The notes beneath the pieces are model-generated. The model did no database searches. It saw only the letters and a program-made list of their open reading frames with translations, and was not told the DNA's origin. From the IMG/VR virus record IMGVR_UViG_3300036651_001908, positions 59,756 through 123,755 of that record: a stretch of 64,000 bases of DNA, one strand, 5' to 3'. Shown piece after piece: positions 56,984 to 64,000 of this stretch. Within the stretch, counting starts at the first letter, position 1, and each line of letters opens with the position of its first letter. The position numbers and the translations under genes were made by a program. The stretch is from a virus.

Positions 56984-57010
56984 AAAGCCGCGGTGGTGAG
57001 CCGCGGCTTT
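56984..57010. terminator. terminator hairpin
   Basis: AAAGCCGCGG/CCGCGGCTTT. Confidence 0.75.
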
Positions 57011-57203
57011 CAGGTGGGGTAGGACTACTTGATCGGCAACCCGCGCTCGTGCGTGCAGCCCGGACGGTCGCAGTACCACCAGGTCAGGTCGGAGTAGGGC
57101 GACCCGCTCGGGTGCAGCCGGTAGCGGTGGCCCAGGATGATGCAGTCCCACGGGATGATGGCCCCGTAGTGCACCTTCCGGTACAGGCTCGTCAGTCGCT
57201 GTC

Positions 57204-57497
57204 TCACAGCCGTGTCACCCTCCAGTGCGTGATGGGCCGGAAGCACAGGCACAGTCGGCCTATCTCCAGGTCGGCTAGATACAGCCGGTGCCGTCCATCG
57301 CACCACAGGATGACGTGATCCATCCCCGGGACGGCCGAACACAGGGCCGGGGTGGGTGTCGTGACAGCCCAGCGCGCGACGTGCGTGCAGGTGTGGAGAA
57401 CCTTGGACTGGCACTCCAGTTCCGGCTCGTCCAGCATCAGCAGGTCGAAATCTTCTTCTTGCAGCGTGTCAGTCAATTCCCAATCCTCTCTCGTCAC
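57204..57497 (-). CDS. Cys/His-rich protein, paralog 1
   Basis: LDEPELEC....HTCTHVARW...WC..RH...CLC...HW.V..L. Confidence 0.7.
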   Translation of the reverse strand: MTREDWELTDTLQEEDFDLLMLDEPELECQSKVLHTCTHVARWAVTTPTPALCSAVPGMDHVILWCDGRHRLYLADLEIGRLCLCFRPITHWRVTRL

Positions 57498-58135
57498 ACT
57501 GTAGACAGAACCACTCGTTCAGATCGTCGTTCTCGATCACGATGAACGTCTCGTGCGCGCAGTCAGTTGACATCTTCTTCTTCCTCAGTGAGCGTGATGT
57601 TCACGCGCATCCACTTCTTCACGCCGTGGTAGGTCTCGTTCCAGACTTCGGCCTCCAGCACCCCATCGGGGCTCAGGTGGTAGCCGTACTGCCCGGTGGA
57701 CGTGTGCTCACCCAGGCTCAGCAGATCGCGCTTCACGTCCTCGACCGAGACTGTCGTCTCCCCGTGCCGCTTGCGGGCTCGCATGATGCGTCCGTCTTCA
57801 GTCATCAGTAGTCCCAGTCCTCTTCTTCGGCTTCTTGCCCGTCCTTCGGGCACGGTGCTACGTCGCCGCAGACCTCGCACTCCAGTCCGCGCCGGGTGAT
57901 CCAGTTCGCGTTGTCATCCATGAGGATGTCGCGGTAGTACGTCTGCCCGTGTCTCATTGCTCGGCTCCTTGCATTCTCTTTCGCCAGCGCATCGCATCGT
58001 GGATCGCGCTCTCGTATCCCTCTAGCCGGAAGATGTTTTCCGTTAGTGCAAGAGGGTCGCCCGATAGAACCGCCTGATCGGTCAGCACCCGGTACATGTC
58101 GTACATACGTTCGAGGTAGGCAATGACCTCATCCA

Positions 58136-58402
58136 TCAGAGCGGCCTCACCGTCCAATGCTCGACGCCTCGCCCGCATCGGCACCGCACGTAGTTGCCGA
58201 TGTCTTGCATGTGGAGCGTGTGCCGCCCGACGCACCACAGTTTCACTAGAGGGGACGACGTGAGCGTGGCGCAGCCCACATCCACCTCCGCCACGTACTT
58301 CGCCACGATGGTGCACCGGTGCTCCGGCTCGACCGAATCGCAGCGTAGTTCTGGCTCGTCCAGGAACAGCAGGACTAAATCTTCTTCTTCCAGGGTCTCC
58401 AT
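58136..58402 (-). CDS. Cys/His-rich protein, paralog 2
   Basis: LDEPELRC.....HRCTIVAKY...WC..RH...CRC...HWTVRPL. Confidence 0.7.
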   Translation of the reverse strand: METLEEEDLVLLFLDEPELRCDSVEPEHRCTIVAKYVAEVDVGCATLTSSPLVKLWCVGRHTLHMQDIGNYVRCRCGRGVEHWTVRPL

Positions 58403-58878
58403 CAGACCTCGAACTCCTCCAGTTTCTCGTCAATCGAACGCAGCGCTTGGAACTCCTCGGGGAACCTCAGGTTGTTGTTCTCCTCCCACGCCTCGGCCCA
58501 CTTCATGTAGCCACTCTTGCCCACGTTGCGGTGGCGACGCCGCGACCGCTGCACTCGACTGCCGTTGCGCCCCACGGCCTTCGTCGGCCAGGCGGGCTTG
58601 GCCAGCATCTCGGGGTGGCGTCCCTTCCAGCCGGGCAGGTTGTCGCACGGGCAGCCAACAGCGCCGAACCCCCAGGTGATCCGGTTCGTCTTCGGGTCGT
58701 AGTAGTTCACGCAGTTGCCCCAGGCACAGCGGATGCGGATGCTCCGTGCCTCCTCCTCCGCACGCTCGGCACGGCGCGTCTCGCGCGTGGTGTGGTCGTT
58801 CAGGCTTTCGGACCAGGTCCGTATCTCGTCCCAGGTCATTCGCGGGGTGTGGTCGTGCTTGCGCCGTTGCTTCAGCAT
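58402..58878 (-). CDS. hypothetical basic protein
   Basis: AGGAG RBS; TGATG overlap. Confidence 0.65.
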   Translation of the reverse strand: MLKQRRKHDHTPRMTWDEIRTWSESLNDHTTRETRRAERAEEEARSIRIRCAWGNCVNYYDPKTNRITWGFGAVGCPCDNLPGWKGRHPEMLAKPAWPTKAVGRNGSRVQRSRRRHRNVGKSGYMKWAEAWEENNNLRFPEEFQALRSIDEKLEEFEV

Positions 58879-59013
58879 GGTGGTCTCCTAATTCTTGTTT
58901 TCCAGGCAGCCGCTCGTTCGCTCGGTGCCACCTATGCCGGTACGGCTCGGTCAGGTACTCTTCGCCCCAGAATATAATACGCAGGCACTCCGCGCAATAG
59001 GCAGGCCCCGCGG

Positions 59014-59283
59014 TCATATCGGTAGCACGGTGTAGTGGCTACAGGGCAGCGTGCATGCGCAGGTGGTGCCCCACTCGCATTGCTTCAGCCAGTAGTTGTA
59101 GCGCGCTTGGCACCAGGGCACCACCGCTTGCTTCGTCCGGGAACAGGCATTGGTCGCGTAGCAGAGCCACTTCGCTTCGACTAGGCAACCGTGCTTCGTG
59201 ATCGTCGCCTCGCAGCGAATCTCGTGCTCGTCCTCTAGAAACAGTTCCAGGTCGGTCTTCTCTAGAACATCAGGAATCGGCAT
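59014..59283 (-). CDS. Cys/His-rich protein, paralog 3
   Basis: LEDEHEIRC.....HGCLVEAKW...WC..RY...CAC...HYTVLPI. Confidence 0.7.
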   Translation of the reverse strand: MPIPDVLEKTDLELFLEDEHEIRCEATITKHGCLVEAKWLCYATNACSRTKQAVVPWCQARYNYWLKQCEWGTTCACTLPCSHYTVLPI

Positions 59284-60539
59284 CGTCCACCTCGTGGTCG
59301 CAAAGCATCTCGTCCCCCTCGTGGCAGTGGTCGCAATCGAAATCGCAGCGCATCTGCTCGACCTCGTGCATCCGTCCGGCCAGGTCCAGCACCTCGTGCG
59401 CTTCGGCCTTCAGGCCATCGCGGAACAGGATCAGTGCCCGGAATGCCAGCGCTTCGGTAATCTTGGCCCGCTCCCGCTCGCTCAGTTGCATCAGAAATCA
59501 TCTTCCCCACAGGCAGCGCAGTACCAGGTACCGGCCGGTGTCTCTTCCAGTTCATCCACCGCTCGACAGTTCGGGCAGGTGAAGTGAGGCACCATGCCCC
59601 AGTCGTTCTCCATCAGATCGTCTCGTCCGCGAACTCGGTCATCCGGTTCAGCAGATCCTTCTCGGTGTCCGAATAGCCCAACTTCGGCTCGGCCAACTTC
59701 AGAATCTCGACCCAGCCCAGGATGGTGTCGGCCTCATCCGTCGTCAGCGGGAAGTAGGCGCGGGTCGGCAGCGGCGCAGCGTCAGGCCATGGCCCGACCG
59801 GATACTCCTCCATCAGAAATCCTTCTTTGCGTGTGCGTTGAGGATGTCGCGGACTCGACGCGTGCTGATCCAGCCCTTGAGCCCTTGCTCGTCCTCTTCG
59901 TCACACGCGCTTCGTAGTGCGAGCGCCAATAGAGACATGGGCGGAATCTTCTTCTTGCCGAACATCTCAGTCCCCTTTCGTGAACTTGTTCAGAACCGCG
60001 ACCGGGACAAGCGCCCTCGACACGTGGTTCTCGTCGCAATACTTCGATATGAATGCACAGTCACAGTCGTACCAAGTGACCCACACCTCTTCGGCCTCGG
60101 GCATCACATCCCCTTCGTCTTGGCAATGATCCGGCGCAGTCGCACCACCGGTATCTCCTTGTAGCCGATCGTCTCGGCACGCTCGCACTCGTCCTGAATC
60201 TCCCGGAGAGCGGTGCCCAGGCGTTGGATGGTCAGGCCTAGAACCTCGACCAGTTCCCCGTGGTTCAGCCGCGCTAGATCCTCAGGCAGCGTCATCGTCG
60301 TCCTTTCCCATCAGTCGAATCTCCACACTCGACGGCGGCTCCAGGATCAAGAATTGGATCCGGACCTCCTGGTCCAGCAGCAGCCGCGCGACCCGGCCCA
60401 AGTCCACCGCGTCCAGCGTCAGTGACTCGCCCCCACCTCGGAGGATCAGCGCAGCCAGCGCCAGGCGCAGGTCCTCGACCTCGGCTTCCAGGTGCACCCA
60501 GTGGTTCATCTGCTTCGTCAGTTTGTCTTCTAGAGTCAT
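59270..60539 (-). CDS. run of small hypothetical genes (59270-59491, 59613-59813, 60104-60295, 60282-60539 and shorter ORFs)
   Basis: Gene packing; 60539 is leaderless (TATGAT-N6-ATG). Confidence 0.6.
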
Positions 60540-60567
60540 GCACGTATCATACACCCGTGTCATAGAC

Positions 60568-60610
60568 AAACGGAAGGCCCCCGGCGCGAAATCTCACCGG
60601 GGGCCTTCCG
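60568..60610 (-). terminator. intrinsic terminator
   Basis: 14-bp stem CGGAAGGCCCCCGG/CCGGGGGCCTTCCG followed by TTT on the minus strand. Confidence 0.85.
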
Positions 60611-60616
60611 GATTCC

Positions 60617-61156
60617 TCAGGTGTGCGAGCAGCGGGTGCCGCCCAGCCACACCTTCACGTCACCGTTGCTCCAGTCCATCGGGACTGCCTTGAGCGACGT
60701 GCCACGGGCGGTCAACTTCCCGGTCTTCAGCATCACGGGCACGCCGTGGATGCTGTACTGCACCACGTAGGTCGCGTGCGGATAGTTGCCGAACACCAGC
60801 AGCGAGCCGGGCTCGTCAGCGTTGTACTGACAGGGCATCGAAACCCCGGACTGAATCTCGGCAGCGAGCGCCAGGGCACTCGTGGTGAGGCTCGGTGCGG
60901 CTCCCCGCGCTCGACTCGAACGGGTGCGGACGGTGGTGCCGCTCACACCTGCGGTGGTGACGGGAGGGGCGACGTTGGGGGTCGCTCCGGCAGCGATTGC
61001 GGCCTGAATCTCAGCCACAACCGATGCGACCGAGACGGTGCCGGGTGCGGGGGTGGGGACGGGAGAGCCAGCATCGGCCGCCGTGGCGGCGAATAGGCTC
61101 CCGGCGAGGATGGCGCCTCCTGCGAGACATGCGGTGGTACGGGTGCGGATGTTCAT
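60617..61156 (-). CDS. secreted protein with signal peptide
   Basis: MNIRTRTTACLAGGAILAGSLFAATAADA signal; own promoter TTGCTG-17-TACCAT (61230-61202), AAGGAG RBS and terminator. Confidence 0.75.
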   Translation of the reverse strand: MNIRTRTTACLAGGAILAGSLFAATAADAGSPVPTPAPGTVSVASVVAEIQAAIAAGATPNVAPPVTTAGVSGTTVRTRSSRARGAAPSLTTSALALAAEIQSGVSMPCQYNADEPGSLLVFGNYPHATYVVQYSIHGVPVMLKTGKLTARGTSLKAVPMDWSNGDVKVWLGGTRCSHT

Positions 61157-61229
61157 GATGTGCTCCTTGGTGGTGGTGCGCCCTCCTGAGGCGCTACAGC
61201 AATGGTAGCACCTTCTATGACACACAGCA

Positions 61230-61261
61230 AGGGCCCGCAAGAACGAAATCTTGCGGGCCCT
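61230..61261. terminator. hairpin terminator abutting the next -35
   Basis: AGGGCCCGCAAGA/TCTTGCGGGCCCT. Confidence 0.75.
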
Positions 61262-61274
61262 CAGGGTCGGATGG

Positions 61275-61829
61275 TTACGGAAGCCAGCGGTGGTTCAGCG
61301 CATAGCCCCCATCGGTGTGGTGACGGTCAGGGGACCACAGACGCCACTCCCGCGACTTGATCCAGTCCTGACGCCCGGACATGTACTTGCTCCGCGCCTC
61401 GGCGTCCTGCGACCAGGCCAGCGCCCCATCGTTGCCGTAGAGCCGGTCGTACTCACGGGCGAGGTCGCCGTAGTCGTTGCTGTGATCGTTGCTCGGGCAG
61501 CCCTTGCCGATGCAATCGAACCCATCGGGGTAGAGCGTGCGGCTCAGGCTGTAGACAACATGAAATCCCATGTCCATCCCAGCGCCACCGACCACCAGTG
61601 CGTCGGTCTTGGGCGAAATCTTCATGCCCAGCGCCTTCGACACTCGCCAGGTGTGGACGAGAACGGTGTCCTTGCTCGGGATGGTGAGCACGTCGATGTG
61701 GCGGCTCATCCCGGAGGACGCGACGTGCTTGAGGGAGGTCCAGACGGTGTCGCCGGGACGGAGGGACTGACGGAGGTCTGCGATTGCTTCGGCCTGCTCG
61801 GTGCGCTCGGCCTTGGTGGTGGTTGACAT
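61275..61829 (-). CDS. conserved phage hypothetical protein (leaderless)
   Basis: SSGMSRHI...GAGMDMGFHVVYSL; TTGCGC-17-TACGCT-N6-ATG. Confidence 0.8.
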   Translation of the reverse strand: MSTTTKAERTEQAEAIADLRQSLRPGDTVWTSLKHVASSGMSRHIDVLTIPSKDTVLVHTWRVSKALGMKISPKTDALVVGGAGMDMGFHVVYSLSRTLYPDGFDCIGKGCPSNDHSNDYGDLAREYDRLYGNDGALAWSQDAEARSKYMSGRQDWIKSREWRLWSPDRHHTDGGYALNHRWLP

Positions 61830-61874
61830 ACTGCGAGCGTAGCACTCTCTACACCACGGCGCAAGAGGCAGTTT

Positions 61875-62243
61875 CTAGCACTCCTCCGAAATCATGTTTT
61901 CTTCTCTCCTCCGCAGCAGGGTGGCCACATCGATCAGGGCTCGCTTGCGCGCTTCCCGGTCGCGGTCCCTCTGCCGCATCTTTGCGGGCAGGTGCCGGAG
62001 CCAGGTCCAGAAAATCCAGTTACAGACTCCGATCACCACGACCCCGATCGTCACCAGCCCGGATCCCGGCCGGGCAGCCCAGTCGGCGCTCGGGTTCGGG
62101 CCGTCCATCAGTCCACCGATGACGCAGAGGATCGTGCCGGGGAATCCGATCACAGCGATCAGCACCAGCCAGCCGAGTCCGATCACCAGCCGTCCCAACA
62201 GGTGGGCGACGGCGGCACGCTCGGCCGCCTCGTGTCTGCTCAT
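61875..62243 (-). CDS. membrane protein (leaderless)
   Basis: Two hydrophobic segments; TATGAT-N6-ATG. Confidence 0.7.
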   Translation of the reverse strand: MSRHEAAERAAVAHLLGRLVIGLGWLVLIAVIGFPGTILCVIGGLMDGPNPSADWAARPGSGLVTIGVVVIGVCNWIFWTWLRHLPAKMRQRDRDREARKRALIDVATLLRRREENMISEEC

Positions 62244-62348
62244 ATCCGTATCATATCACCATGTAATAGTCACGGCAAGGTGGTTTTCCTGAAGACTGTG
62301 AAATCTTCTTTTACACCCTGCACCCCAAACGTAGATCATGATGTTCCC

Positions 62349-62600
62349 ATGACAGGAAAGCATCCGGACCTGAACCGCAAACCGTTGACCATCAGCATGG
62401 TCATGGACAGCCTCAGGGAGCAATGCGCCATGGTGGAAGAGGCTCGTGCACTCGTGTCAGAGCGCATCGCCGTACGGGACAGGATGATTGCCGACGCCAT
62501 GGTGGAAGGCATCTCGTACAAGCGTCTAGCAGCCGTCACCGGCCTCAGCCAGCATCGGTTGTGGCGCATCAGCGTGGATGCCCAGGAGGACACGCTATAG
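62349..62600 (+). CDS. coiled-coil plus HTH DNA-binding protein
   Basis: RDRMIADAMVEGISYKRLAAVTGLSQHRL. Confidence 0.75.
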   Translation: MTGKHPDLNRKPLTISMVMDSLREQCAMVEEARALVSERIAVRDRMIADAMVEGISYKRLAAVTGLSQHRLWRISVDAQEDTL

Positions 62601-62607
62601 TGTACGC

Positions 62608-63552
62608 GTGACTGCCATCCAGCAAGTGTCCATCAGGCACTTCCAGAGCCTCGTGGACGTATCCCTCACGCTTGGCAACTTCACCGTGATTGTGGGACCC
62701 AGCAGCAGCGGTAAATCCGCGTTCGTCCGCGCCCTCCAGACACTCACCCACAACGCCCGTGGGACCGCCTTCATCACCCAGGGCAAGCCGGGTTGCAGCA
62801 TCACGGCGACCCTGCCCACTGCGATCGTCACACTCACCCGCTCCCGCTCCTCATCAGCCACGGATGCCTACGGGGTCCGCACCGACGAGAACGATCAGCG
62901 GCGGTACACCAAACTCGGGGGCTCAACCCCACCGGAAGTCACCAGCGTCTTCGGGCAAATGGCGGACCCCAGCGCTATCGCATCCCAGTTCGATCCGCCG
63001 TACCTGCTCACCCAATCGCCAGCAGAGGCAGCCAGGACACTCGCGGCCCTCACCGGCTCGGACGTGGTGCTCGAAGGAGCACGGGAAGCCAACAGACGGC
63101 GGCTCGAAGCAACAGCCACGCTCCGCACCCGCTCATCCGACAAGGCCAAAGCGGAACAAGAATTAGCCAGCCACGCCCAGCACGCCAGCCAATCGGCCCA
63201 TCTCGACAGCGCGGAACCGCACCTCACCGATGCAAAAGCACTTCTGCACCAGTGCGCAGCGCTCCAGGGCCTTCTGGATCACATCTCGGCAGACTCCACG
63301 GGCATCCAGATCCACCGGGAAGCACTCGCCAGCCTGCCCAGCATCCCCGACCTGGCACCGCTCGACACACTCAGCGACAGCATCAGGGCACTCCGGTACA
63401 GCATCGCCAACGTGACCAGCAGGGCCTACAGCGTCCGGGACCTGAAGAGCACGCTCGACGGGCTCGAAGTCGAAATCGACCACGCATCAGAGCGCTACGA
63501 CGAGACGCTGCATGCGCTCGGGGTCTGCCCCACCTGCCATCAGCCGGTCTAA
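62608..63552 (+). CDS. SbcC/Rad50-like ATPase, N-terminal half ending at the zinc hook
   Basis: IRHFQS, IVGPSSSGKS Walker A, Q-loop SQFD, coiled coil, terminal CPTCHQ; TATAGT-N6-GTG. Confidence 0.85.
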   Translation: MTAIQQVSIRHFQSLVDVSLTLGNFTVIVGPSSSGKSAFVRALQTLTHNARGTAFITQGKPGCSITATLPTAIVTLTRSRSSSATDAYGVRTDENDQRRYTKLGGSTPPEVTSVFGQMADPSAIASQFDPPYLLTQSPAEAARTLAALTGSDVVLEGAREANRRRLEATATLRTRSSDKAKAEQELASHAQHASQSAHLDSAEPHLTDAKALLHQCAALQGLLDHISADSTGIQIHREALASLPSIPDLAPLDTLSDSIRALRYSIANVTSRAYSVRDLKSTLDGLEVEIDHASERYDETLHALGVCPTCHQPV

Positions 63553-63578
63553 CACTCCGCCATACCCAGCAAATACGC

Positions 63579-63613
63579 CCCAAAACCCCGCAGAACCTGC
63601 CCAAAACCCCGCA
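63579..63613 (+). repeat. 14-bp direct repeat CCCAAAACCCCGCA, period 21
   Basis: Copies at 63579 and 63600, with a degenerate third copy at 63629. Confidence 0.8.
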
Positions 63614-64000
63614 TCAACGCCAGCAGATCCCAAACCGCAAATGTGTACTACTCCAGAGCCCGCACCTCAGCGGACCATCCAGACGTAGAACTGCATCGTG
63701 AGCCACCGGTCGAAATCTTCTTGCCGACTCCCAGGGGCAGGCTTGGTCAACCGGCCTAGATACTCCCAGCCGCGCAGTCGATACCGGCTCATCTCGGTGT
63801 CTCGCACCACGGCACACTCGTTCGGCGGCTCAGCAGCCACGCGTAGCACCCCCGGAATGCCATCGTGGCGTCGGATAGAGCGACGAACAGCCCCTATTGG
63901 GCATCGTCACCCTCTGCGACATTCCCAGAGCCTGATTTGCCCCACCACGCGTGGTCCCCGATGGGCGCTCCGCGCCATGCACCGTCCACCTGGCGCAGTC

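Noticed and set aside
1-64000. Prophage or integration module
   Set aside because: No integrase, att-like junction or host genes visible; lifestyle cannot be settled from this window.

Overview
This is a 64-kb segment of a high-GC (roughly 65%) tailed dsDNA phage, most likely a siphovirus of an actinobacterial host. No integrase, repressor cassette, tRNA or CRISPR array is visible. About 1-21 kb carries head-tail and tail genes: a 1130-aa Gly/Ser/Thr repeat fibre, a GT4 glycosyltransferase inside the tail operon, major tail protein, a -1 frameshifted tail chaperone, a tape measure with a transglycosylase domain, Dit and a large tail-tip protein. About 21-22.4 kb carries holin-type membrane genes with no endolysin in view. 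About 22.7-40.4 kb is a replication/recombination block: SNF2 helicase, FliA/WhiG-like sigma factor, DnaB, a possible split primase, clamp-loader delta'/delta-like proteins, PolA, gp32-like SSB, RuvC-like resolvase, RecA and an Orn-like exonuclease. About 40.5-64 kb holds many small accessory genes, mostly on the minus strand, ending in a half Rad50/SbcC ATPase. The main non-obvious signals are: (1) a dispersed AT-rich 10-mer AAATCTT(C/G)TT, at least 24 copies in all reading frames; (2) a -10-only promoter motif YCGATWGT that matches the phage sigma factor; (3) a PolA carrying a DnaE-like C-terminal domain next to delta/delta' subunits; (4) a solo HicA-like toxin behind a structured RNA leader, with a nearby candidate sRNA; (5) tiny host-mimic peptides (RNR redox tail, DUF1778 antitoxin tail); (6) a second candidate -1 frameshift; (7) apparent absence of AGCT. 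All family assignments come from motif recognition by eye and counts are manual; no database searches were run.
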